Assembly (NCBI GenBank): GCA_944380885.1
Contig: CALWIZ010000007.1
Location: 5,122 to 69,121, forward strand
From: an uncultured Clostridia bacterium
Lineage (GTDB): Bacteria; Bacillota; Clostridia; Oscillospirales; Acutalibacteraceae
Reading direction: 5' to 3'
Length of the DNA stretch: 64,000 bases
This document shows, piece after piece, positions 36,130-44,018 of the stretch (its first letter is position 1; each line of letters opens with the position of its first letter). The notes under the pieces were generated by a model, which worked only from the letters and a program-made list of their open reading frames with translations, was not told where the DNA came from and searched no databases. The translations under genes and the position numbers were made by a program.

Positions 36130-36418
36130 CATCAAAATTCAAAGGCGCTGACGAAGAGGATACGGCTGATGCTTTTAAAGAGAGATAACGGTTGGTGTAA
36201 GTTATCAGAGAAAGGCCTGTATTTGTAGCTTCCGAGCCGGGAGGAAGAAAGTTTTTAACGAGTAGAACCTCCCCGTGACTGCTGCGTAAAGGCATAGGAA
36301 TTGTTTGATTCCAAGAGTGGCGGCTTTTCTGCCGCAATTTGAGTGGTACCGCGGGCTACCGATATATATGTATTTCGGCGCTCGTCTCAAAGTCATAACT
36401 TTGGGACGAGCGTTTTTT
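36130..36418 (+). promoter_or_regulatory. T-box riboswitch leader 2 (inferred specifier GUA, Val)
   Basis: Same architecture as leader 1. CTGACGAAGAGG paired with CTTCCGAGCC. AAAGAGAG. GGTTGGTGTAA. T-box sequence AATTTGAGTGGTACCGCGG at 36336-36354. Terminator CGCTCGTCTCAAAG-6 nt-CTTTGGGACGAGCG plus TTTTTT at 36379-36418. Candidate specifier GTA at 36225-36227, followed by G and CTTC. Confidence 0.8.
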
Positions 36419-36452
36419 CGTCCCGAAAGGCTGAAGCCGAGGAGGAAAAAGT

Positions 36453-38744
36453 ATGAAACAGATAACAGGGCTTGATTACAAAATCAAGGAAATGGCGGCG
36501 CGCATAAGGGAGTTGCGCGAGATTGAGGGACTTTCGGTTGCCGATATGGCACAAAAGACCGCCGTAAGCGAGGAGGAGTACACCGCCTGTGAAAACGGCG
36601 AGAGCGATTTAAACTTCGCTTTTATATACCGCTGCGCGCTTGCGTTCAATGTAGATGTCACCGATATTATAGAGGGTCAAAGCCCGACCCTGCGCTCCTA
36701 TACCGTAACGAGAAAGGGCGAGGGTCAGCGCATTGAAAAGGCGCACGGAATGACCTATTATAACCTTGCCGCCGCCTTCCAGAACAGGATAGCCGAGCCG
36801 CTTTACGTTAAAAGCGCTTACAGTGAGGAGGCGCAGCACCGTGATATTGAGCTTACCACTCATGCCGGTCAGGAATGTGACCTTATAATAGAGGGAAAGC
36901 TCAAGGTTCAGGTGGGCGAGCATAAGGAAATTTTAGGTCCGGGGGACAGTATTTATTACGACAGTTCAACTCCGCACGGAATGATAGCCGTTGACGGCAA
37001 GGACTGTATATTCTACGCGATAGTGCTTAACCCGACCGGTGAGCCTATCCCCGAGCTTGAGGACGAAAAGCCGGTCGCCCAGAATGTGGCGCCCCACACG
37101 CCGGACACCAAGAACAGAATATACAGAAAATACACCGAGGTCACAAAGGACGAAAACGGAACACCGGTTTCTATAAAGTTCAAGAATACCGAGCATTTCA
37201 ACTTCGCTTTTGACCTTGTGGACGCTCTGGCAGATAAGGACCCTGACAAGCTGGCGATGCTGCATATCTCAAAGGATAAGACCGAGCGCAGGCTGACCTT
37301 CAAGGATATGAAAAAGGCTTCCAATCAGTGCGCCAACTATTTCAAGTCCTTAGGCATAAGAAAAGGCGACCGCGTAATGCTGGTGCTTAAAAGGCATTAC
37401 CAGTTCTGGTACGCGATACTGGGGCTTCACAAGCTGGGAGCGATAGCGATACCCGCCACAAACCAGCTTCAGGAGCACGATTTTGAGTACCGCTTCAAAA
37501 CCGCCGGCGTTTCGGCGATAATCTGCACAGCCGACGGTGATACAGCTCATCAGGCGGATATAGCGGCGGCAAACTGTCCTGAGCTTAAGCATAAGCTGAT
37601 AGTAAACGGCACGCGTGAGGGCTGGCGCCCGTTTGACGAGGAGTACACCCTTTACAGCACCCATTACAACCGTCCGGACGACGCCCCCGGAGGGGACGAC
37701 CTTATGCTGATGTTCTTTACGTCGGGAACAAGCGGATACCCGAAAATCGCCGCTCACAACTATAAATATGCCCTCGGACATTTCCACACGGCGAAATACT
37801 GGCACAACGTCGATCCTGACGGACTGCACTTTACCATTTCGGATACCGGCTGGGCAAAGGCGATGTGGGGCAAGCTGTACGGTCAGTGGCTCTGCGAGGC
37901 GGCTACTTTCGTTTACGATTTCGACCGGTTTGACGCGGCGGATATTCTTCCGATGTTCGCGAAATACAATATAACCACCTTCTGCGCGCCGCCTACGATG
38001 CTCAGAATGATGATAAAGCAGGATATCTCAAAGTACGATTTCTCGTCTGTTAAGCATATGACCACAGCGGGCGAGGCGCTGAACCCCGAGGTTTACAGGC
38101 AGTTTGAAAAGGCCACGGGTCTTCAGATACTGGAGGGCTTCGGACAGAGCGAAAGCACCATGATAATCGGCAATATGACCGGCGCACCGCATAAGATAGG
38201 CTCAATGGGCAAGCCGGCGCCGATTTACGATGTGGATATAGTGGATTCCGACGGCAACCCGGTACCTCCCGGAGAGACCGGTGAAATAGTCATAAACATT
38301 AAAAACGGTTATCCATGCGGTCTTGCCGTAGGTTATTACGGCGACGAAGAAAAGACAAAGGAAACATGGCGCGACGGATATTACCACACCGGCGACACCG
38401 CGTGGAAGGACGAGGACGGCTTTTACTGGTACGTTGGCCGCGTGGACGATGTTATCAAGTCTTCGGGCTACCGCATAGGGCCGTTCGAGATAGAAAGCGT
38501 TATAATGGAGCTTCCTTATGTGCTTGAGTGCGGCGTTTCGGCGGCTCCCGACCCGGTGCGCGGTCAGGTGGTAAAGGCGAGCATAGTTCTTGTTGACGGA
38601 ACAGAGGGCACTGAGGAGCTTAAAAAGGAAATCCAGAATTACGTAAAGCAGCATACCGCGCCTTACAAGTATCCGCGTATAGTAGTATTCAGAGACAGTC
38701 TTCCTAAAACTACCAGCGGAAAAATTCAGCGTAATAAGTTATAA
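36453..38744 (+). CDS. tri-domain fusion: XRE-type HTH + cupin + AMP-forming acyl-CoA synthetase, paralog 2
   Basis: 763 aa, collinear with paralog 1. The C-terminal halves are nearly identical in places (ILPMFAKYNITTFCAPPTMLRMMIK, YHTGDTAW.DEDGFYWYVGRVDDVIKSSGYRIGPFEIESVIMELPYVLECGVSAAPD). The inter-domain linker and mid-region are more divergent. Confidence 0.85.
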   Translation: MKQITGLDYKIKEMAARIRELREIEGLSVADMAQKTAVSEEEYTACENGESDLNFAFIYRCALAFNVDVTDIIEGQSPTLRSYTVTRKGEGQRIEKAHGMTYYNLAAAFQNRIAEPLYVKSAYSEEAQHRDIELTTHAGQECDLIIEGKLKVQVGEHKEILGPGDSIYYDSSTPHGMIAVDGKDCIFYAIVLNPTGEPIPELEDEKPVAQNVAPHTPDTKNRIYRKYTEVTKDENGTPVSIKFKNTEHFNFAFDLVDALADKDPDKLAMLHISKDKTERRLTFKDMKKASNQCANYFKSLGIRKGDRVMLVLKRHYQFWYAILGLHKLGAIAIPATNQLQEHDFEYRFKTAGVSAIICTADGDTAHQADIAAANCPELKHKLIVNGTREGWRPFDEEYTLYSTHYNRPDDAPGGDDLMLMFFTSGTSGYPKIAAHNYKYALGHFHTAKYWHNVDPDGLHFTISDTGWAKAMWGKLYGQWLCEAATFVYDFDRFDAADILPMFAKYNITTFCAPPTMLRMMIKQDISKYDFSSVKHMTTAGEALNPEVYRQFEKATGLQILEGFGQSESTMIIGNMTGAPHKIGSMGKPAPIYDVDIVDSDGNPVPPGETGEIVINIKNGYPCGLAVGYYGDEEKTKETWRDGYYHTGDTAWKDEDGFYWYVGRVDDVIKSSGYRIGPFEIESVIMELPYVLECGVSAAPDPVRGQVVKASIVLVDGTEGTEELKKEIQNYVKQHTAPYKYPRIVVFRDSLPKTTSGKIQRNKL

Positions 38745-38776
38745 TTTTTTTAAATAGTATTATAAAGGGAGGAAGT

Positions 38777-39439
38777 ATGGATTACAAACGACTGACCCTC
38801 ATCTGCGGCCATTACGGCAGCGGAAAGACAAACGTCGCCGTAAATCTTGCGTTTGACCTTAAAAGGCAGTATAATAAAACATCGATAGCGGACCTTGATA
38901 TAGTTAATCCCTACTTCCGCACAAAGGACAGCATGGAAGAGCTTGAAAGGGCGGGAATAGAGCTTATCTGCTCGGATTACGCCGGAACGAATGTGGATAT
39001 TCCGGCTCTGCCTCAGCAGATGTATTCGATAACCGACGACCGCTCAAAAAAGGTGATACTCGATATAGGGGGAGACGACCGCGGCGCTCTGGCGCTTGGG
39101 AGGCTTGCTCCGGCGATACTTGCCGAAAACGATTACGAGATGCTTATGGTGATAAACCGGTTCCGTCCGCTCACAAGGGACGCGCGTTCCACGGTAGAGG
39201 TAATGCGTGAAATCGAGTACGCGGGGGGCATACCCTTTACGGGGCTTGTAAACAACTCAAATCTGGGCGAGGAGACGACAGCGGAGGATATTCTTTCTTC
39301 GGTTACTTATGCCAATGAGGTATCACGGCTTTCCTCACTGCCGGTAATTTGCACTACCGTACACGACACGGTTTATGCCGCTGTCGCGGGTAAAATAAAT
39401 AATTTATTCCCGTTAAAGCTCCAGCCGAAAATAGGCTGA
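38777..39439 (+). CDS. small SIMIBI/MinD-ParA-like P-loop NTPase of unknown role
   Basis: N-terminal deviant Walker A ICGHYGSGKTNVAVNLA, then DLDIVNPYF and ILDIGGDD. 220 aa. No CxC metal motif of CooC type. RBS GGGAGGAAG. Confidence 0.6.
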   Translation: MDYKRLTLICGHYGSGKTNVAVNLAFDLKRQYNKTSIADLDIVNPYFRTKDSMEELERAGIELICSDYAGTNVDIPALPQQMYSITDDRSKKVILDIGGDDRGALALGRLAPAILAENDYEMLMVINRFRPLTRDARSTVEVMREIEYAGGIPFTGLVNNSNLGEETTAEDILSSVTYANEVSRLSSLPVICTTVHDTVYAAVAGKINNLFPLKLQPKIG

Positions 39440-39465
39440 GGCGGGGAAATTCAAACAAAGGAGAC

Positions 39466-39678
39466 TTGAAAATGGCTAAGCTGACATTCAAAACCGATAA
39501 CTGCAAGGGCTGCGGACTGTGCGTAGACGCCTGTCCGAAGCATGTTCTGCAGTTGGCGGCGGACAAGATCAACAAAAAAGGACATCATCCGGTCGAGGCG
39601 GTAAAGGAAGACGAGTGCATCGCCTGCGCTTTCTGCGCCACAATGTGCCCCGACTGCATAATAAAAATAGAGAGGTAA
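39466..39678 (+). CDS. 2-oxoacid:ferredoxin oxidoreductase delta subunit (2x[4Fe-4S] ferredoxin)
   Basis: 70 aa with CKGCGLCVDACP and CIACAFCATMCP. Confidence 0.85.
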   Translation: MKMAKLTFKTDNCKGCGLCVDACPKHVLQLAADKINKKGHHPVEAVKEDECIACAFCATMCPDCIIKIER

Positions 39679-39687
39679 GTGAAAAAT

Positions 39688-40755
39688 ATGTCAGAAAAGG
39701 TTTTGATGAAGGGCAACGAGGCGCTGGCGGAAGCCGCCATAATCGCCGGCTGCCGTCATTATTTCGGTTATCCCATAACCCCGCAGACCGAGGTTGCCGC
39801 CTATATGGCAAAGAGAATGCCGAAAATCGGCGGAACATTTTTACAGGCTGAAAGCGAGATTGCCGCAATAAATATGGTTTACGGCGTATCCTCGACCGGC
39901 CACAGGGTCATGACATCGTCTTCAAGCCCAGGAATTTCGCTTAAGGGCGAGGGACTTTCCTATCTTGCCGGTTCAGATCTTCCGGCGCTTGTAATCAACG
40001 TACAGCGCGGCGGCCCGGGACTCGGCGGAATACAGCCGTCGCAGTCGGACTATTTTCAGGCTACAAAGGGCGGCGCACACGGCGACTTCCATATGATAGT
40101 TCTGGCGCCCGCTTCGGTTCAGGAAATGGCTGACCTTACCGTAAAGGGCTTTGAGCTTGCCGATAAATACCGTATGACCTCTATGGTTCTGGCGGACGGT
40201 ACTATGGGTCAGATGATGGAACCTGTTTCGCTTGAATACGATATAAAGCCTGCCCCCGAAAAGCCGTGGGCGACTACGGGAACAAAAATGCAGAGAGAGC
40301 ATAACATTATAAATTCGCTTTCACTTGTTCCCGAAGAGCTTGAGAGGTTAAATATAGAGCGCTACAAGAGATATGACGAGGTCGAGAAAAATGAGGTCAT
40401 GTACGAGGAGTATATGATGGACGACGCCGAGATCTGCATAGCGGCGTTCGGTATTGCCGCCCGTGTCTCAAAGAACGCGATTACCGAGGCGAGAAGACAG
40501 GGCATAAAGGCCGGTATGATAAGACCGATAACCCTCTGGCCGTTCCCGAAGGCGCCGTTTAAAAAAGCGGCTAAGAGCGTAAAGCAGTTTATTTCTGTTG
40601 AGCTTTCAATGGGACAGATGATAGAGGACGTTCGTCTGGCGACCGAATGCAGAGTGCCCGTAACTCTCTGCAACCGCGTGGGCGGTATGATACCGTCGCC
40701 TGAGATGGTACTTGAGGCTATTAAGGAAGCCGCGAAAAACGGAGGTGCAAGATAA
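39688..40755 (+). CDS. vorB: 2-oxoacid:ferredoxin oxidoreductase alpha subunit (VorB-like)
   Basis: Start taken at ATG 39688 (MSEKVLMKGNEALAEAAIIAGC...); GTG 39679 is an alternative. The ~355-aa size and N-terminal KGNEA..EAAI.AG pattern fit the KorA/VorB/PorA family. Confidence 0.8.
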   Translation: MSEKVLMKGNEALAEAAIIAGCRHYFGYPITPQTEVAAYMAKRMPKIGGTFLQAESEIAAINMVYGVSSTGHRVMTSSSSPGISLKGEGLSYLAGSDLPALVINVQRGGPGLGGIQPSQSDYFQATKGGAHGDFHMIVLAPASVQEMADLTVKGFELADKYRMTSMVLADGTMGQMMEPVSLEYDIKPAPEKPWATTGTKMQREHNIINSLSLVPEELERLNIERYKRYDEVEKNEVMYEEYMMDDAEICIAAFGIAARVSKNAITEARRQGIKAGMIRPITLWPFPKAPFKKAAKSVKQFISVELSMGQMIEDVRLATECRVPVTLCNRVGGMIPSPEMVLEAIKEAAKNGGAR

Positions 40756-41510
40756 TGGTAGTATTTGAAAAACCACACGCGCTGACAGATGTGCCGATGC
40801 ACTACTGCCCGGGCTGTACGCACGGTATAGTTCACCGCCTTGTCGCCGAGGTTATAGACGAGTTAGGGATAGAGGGAAAGACGGTTGGAATAGCGCCGGT
40901 CGGCTGTTCGGTTATGGCGTACAATTACTTTAACTGCGATATGATAGAGGCGGCTCACGGCCGCGCTCCGGCAGTCGCCACAGGCGTTAAGCGTGCCGAG
41001 CCGGACAATATCGTGTTTACATATCAGGGCGACGGAGATCTTGCGTCAATCGGTACCGCCGAAACGGTACATTCCGCCGCGAGAAACGAGAATATAACCG
41101 TTATATTCATAAACAACGCGATTTACGGTATGACCGGCGGACAGATGGCTCCTACCTCTCTGCCCGGTCAGGTGACCCAGACCTCTCCCTACGGCAGGGA
41201 CGTAAAGCTCTGCGGCTACCCGGTAAAGGTCTGCGAAATGCTTTCACAGCTTGACGGACCGGAATACCTTGAGCGTGTTGCGGTAAATAACGTAAAGAAT
41301 ATAAAGAACGCTAAAAAGGCAATTAAAAAAGCGTTCCAGAATCAGATAGACGGCAAGGGATTTTCGCTTGTCGAGGTAATCTCAAGCTGCCCGACAAACT
41401 GGGGTCTTACTCCGCAGAACGCGCTCAAATGGATAGACGAAAAAATGATACCATATTACCCGCTGGGCGTTTATAAAGACCGCTCTGCCGCCAAGGAGGA
41501 AACGAAATGA
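40755..41510 (+). CDS. 2-oxoacid:ferredoxin oxidoreductase beta subunit (TPP-binding)
   Basis: YCPGCTHGIVHR, GDGDLASIG, NNAIYGMTGGQ. The start overlaps the alpha-subunit stop. Confidence 0.85.
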   Translation: MVVFEKPHALTDVPMHYCPGCTHGIVHRLVAEVIDELGIEGKTVGIAPVGCSVMAYNYFNCDMIEAAHGRAPAVATGVKRAEPDNIVFTYQGDGDLASIGTAETVHSAARNENITVIFINNAIYGMTGGQMAPTSLPGQVTQTSPYGRDVKLCGYPVKVCEMLSQLDGPEYLERVAVNNVKNIKNAKKAIKKAFQNQIDGKGFSLVEVISSCPTNWGLTPQNALKWIDEKMIPYYPLGVYKDRSAAKEETK

Positions 41511-42052
41511 GTACAACACAGTTTTTGTTTGCCGGATTCGGCGGTCAGGGTATACTCTTCGCCGGAAAATTCGCGGCGTATAAGGGACTTATCGGGGAAA
41601 AGCAGGTGAGCTGGCTGCCGTCATACGGACCCGAAATGCGCGGTGGCACAGCGAGCTGCAGCGTTATTATAAGCGATGAGCCGGTAGGCTCTCCTATCGT
41701 TTCAAAGCCTGATGTGCTTATTGCCATGAACCTGCCCTCGCTTGACAGGTACGAAAGCGCTGTTGCCGTGGGAGGAACCATTTTTGTTGATTCCACTCTT
41801 ATCGACCGCAAGGTTGAGCGTGACGATGTCGCGGTTTACTATGTCCCGGCGACCCGTCTTGCAAGCGATAACGGTATGCCGACACTTGCCAATATGATAC
41901 TTATGGGAAATATTCTTAAGGTAATGAATGATTTTGACGAGGAAAGCGTTACCGAAGCACTTAAAAAGGTTGTTTCCGCGAAGCATGCGGATATGCTTGA
42001 TGTAAACCTTAAGGCGCTTAAAATAGGCGCTGAATATAAAGAGGAAGTGTAA
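41507..42052 (+). CDS. 2-oxoacid:ferredoxin oxidoreductase gamma subunit
   Basis: 181 aa, [14 protein letters not shown]...[10 protein letters not shown]. 4-nt overlap with the beta-subunit gene. Confidence 0.85.
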   Translation: MSTTQFLFAGFGGQGILFAGKFAAYKGLIGEKQVSWLPSYGPEMRGGTASCSVIISDEPVGSPIVSKPDVLIAMNLPSLDRYESAVAVGGTIFVDSTLIDRKVERDDVAVYYVPATRLASDNGMPTLANMILMGNILKVMNDFDEESVTEALKKVVSAKHADMLDVNLKALKIGAEYKEEV

Positions 42053-42055
42053 GTC

Positions 42056-43120
42056 ATGGAAATCAAGATTGTAAAAACCGATTCTCCCAAGGAAAAACCC
42101 GACAGCAGCACATTAGGCTTCGGAAAAATTTTCACCGACCATATGTTTATTATGGATTATTCGCGTGAGAAAGGTTGGCACGACGCGAGGATAGTACCGT
42201 TTGGCAATATTTCTCTGCACCCGGCGTCAACCGTACTGCATTACGGCTCCGAAATTTTTGAGGGTCTTAAAGCGTACCGCCGCGCGGACGGGAAGGTTCA
42301 GCTTTTCAGACCGATTGAAAATATCCGCAGAATGAATAATTCCGCTGAAAGACTCTGCCTGCCGCAGATAGACGAAAAGGACGCTATGCAGATACTTGAG
42401 ACTTTTGTTTCGCTTGAGCAGGACTGGACGCCGTCAGCTGAGGGAACTTCCCTTTACCTGCGCCCATTTATGTTCGGAAACGATGAGTCGCTGGGCGTTC
42501 ACGCGGTGCACAACGCGACTTATATGATTATCGCGTCTCCTGTCGGAAGCTATTATAAAGAGGGCATAAACCCCGTAAAGATTATGATAGAGGACGAGGA
42601 CGTGCGCGCGGTAAGAGGAGGCACAGGCTACGCCAAGTGCGGCGGAAACTATGCTGCCAGCAACCGCGCCGGCGAGAGAGCCGAGCAGAAGGGTTATTCT
42701 CAGGTGCTCTGGCTTGACGGCGTTGAGCGCAAGTATATAGAGGAAGTCGGCGCTATGAACGTTATGTTCAAAATCGGCGGCGAGATTGTAACCCCGAAGC
42801 TCACGGGTTCAATTCTTCCGGGAATCACCAGAAAGTCCTGCATTGAGGTGCTTAAAGACGAGGGCTATACCGTAAACGAGAGACTTTTAAGCGTTGACGA
42901 GCTTGGAGAGGCGCTTAAGAACGGAACGCTTGAGGAGGCATGGGGCTGCGGTACCGCGGCGGTCGTCTCCCCGATAGGCGAGCTTTGCTACAAGGACGTT
43001 AAATACACTATCAACAACGGCGAGATCGGCAAGGTCACACAGCATCTTTATGATACTCTCACCGGAATACAGTGGGGCAAAATCGAGGATAAGTACGGCT
43101 GGACATATCCGATTAAGTAA
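42056..43120 (+). CDS. ilvE: branched-chain amino acid aminotransferase
   Basis: 354 aa fold-type IV pattern: FTDHMF, LHYGSEIFEGLKAYR, LYLRPFMFG, GTGYAKCGGNYAAS, GITRKS. Confidence 0.9.
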   Translation: MEIKIVKTDSPKEKPDSSTLGFGKIFTDHMFIMDYSREKGWHDARIVPFGNISLHPASTVLHYGSEIFEGLKAYRRADGKVQLFRPIENIRRMNNSAERLCLPQIDEKDAMQILETFVSLEQDWTPSAEGTSLYLRPFMFGNDESLGVHAVHNATYMIIASPVGSYYKEGINPVKIMIEDEDVRAVRGGTGYAKCGGNYAASNRAGERAEQKGYSQVLWLDGVERKYIEEVGAMNVMFKIGGEIVTPKLTGSILPGITRKSCIEVLKDEGYTVNERLLSVDELGEALKNGTLEEAWGCGTAAVVSPIGELCYKDVKYTINNGEIGKVTQHLYDTLTGIQWGKIEDKYGWTYPIK

Positions 43121-43127
43121 CTAAAAA

Positions 43128-43163
43128 AAGCGTATCCGTTTTTTTGCGGATACGCTTTTATTT
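43128..43163 (+). terminator. rho-independent terminator after ilvE
   Basis: AAGCGTATCCG-loop TTTTTTTG-CGGATACGCTT followed by a T-rich tail. The same GCGTATCCG/CGGATACGC stem recurs after htpG. Confidence 0.85.
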
Positions 43164-43180
43164 GTCGAGAAACCTTGAAC

Positions 43181-43421
43181 GGAAAGCAAATTGTATAAAC
43201 GTAATTTCAGTCAAACCTTTTTGGAAGGTTTGCGTATTCTATCTAAAGGCGGAGCCTTTAGCCTCTTTCCGCAGAAAGCGGAACTTTTTTGTCTTATAAA
43301 ACTCAGGAAAGGGTGAAAAAACAGTCCGGTGGACTGTTCCTGTGGGAACCCCTCCTCGTTGGTTTCCTTTTAACTGACTATTTATTTGTGCAAGTTTTTA
43401 ATTGGAGATGACTTTCTTGAC
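43181..43421. repeat. multi-hairpin intergenic repeat, full-length copy A (MITE-like)
   Basis: Aligns with 61467-61706 over its whole length and with 51354-51455 over the left half. Hairpins: CAAACCTTTTTGGAAGGTTTG (43212-43232), TAAAGGCGGAGCCTTTA (43244-43260), TTCCGC-AGAAA-GCGGAA plus T6 (43267-43290), A-run plus ACAGTCC-GGT-GGACTGT (43315-43337). Confidence 0.8.
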
Positions 43422-43495
43422 ACTCTCAAGCACCCGAAAGGGTGCTTTTGTCGTTAAACGCAGCTATAAAATTTTTATATGTATACTCTTGAGCA

Positions 43496-44002
43496 TTAAG
43501 GTGTAATCGTAACATTTTTGAAAACCGCCGAAAATGAGCCGTTTATACTCTCTGCCGAAATCGGAAGTCCCGTTGCTCCGAGGTAAAGGTTGTATTCTGC
43601 GTCCTGCGCCTCGCCTGAAACGTATATGAGGTCCGCGTCGGCAGACGCTTTTGTTTCGGGGTCGAAAGTATCGGCAAGTATCGCATAAAGCCTGCCGCAC
43701 ATTCCGCTCTCGTCAAGCGGAGAAATGCTGTAAGGATATTCAAGCTCGTCAAATTCTGCATGTACTTCACTGCCACTGAAAATAAGGGTAAGCCCCTCTA
43801 CATTTTCAGGCGATATCAGCTCAAACCGAGTCTCGCCATCCTTTGAAACACTGACCTCGGCGGAGCAGCACTCGTTGTAAAGCGTTATATCCGCCGTAAA
43901 GGTTATGCCTTTTGTATAAGGCGTGATATCCGAACCGGAAGCGCCGCAGGCACAAAGCAGCATCGCAGATAAAGCGGCTAAAAAAGCTGTGATTTTCCTC
44001 AA
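43496..44002 (-). CDS. lipoprotein of unknown function
   Basis: TTG start after GAGGGAG. Signal plus lipobox MRKITAFLAALSAMLLCAC|GAS. 168 aa. Last gene of the nnr unit. Confidence 0.65.
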   Translation of the reverse strand: MRKITAFLAALSAMLLCACGASGSDITPYTKGITFTADITLYNECCSAEVSVSKDGETRFELISPENVEGLTLIFSGSEVHAEFDELEYPYSISPLDESGMCGRLYAILADTFDPETKASADADLIYVSGEAQDAEYNLYLGATGLPISAESINGSFSAVFKNVTITP

Positions 44003-44018
44003 GCTGAAAGACTCCCTC

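Noticed and set aside
43340-43400. Possible small RNA on the minus strand of the repeat: a TTGCAC box upstream of a hairpin, followed by the ACAGTCC/GGACTGT terminator.
   Set aside because: No acceptable -10 element lies at 16-18 nt from TTGCAC in either full copy; the spacing to TAAAAG/TAAAGG is about 15 nt. The first hairpin is degenerate in copy A. This is left as untested.
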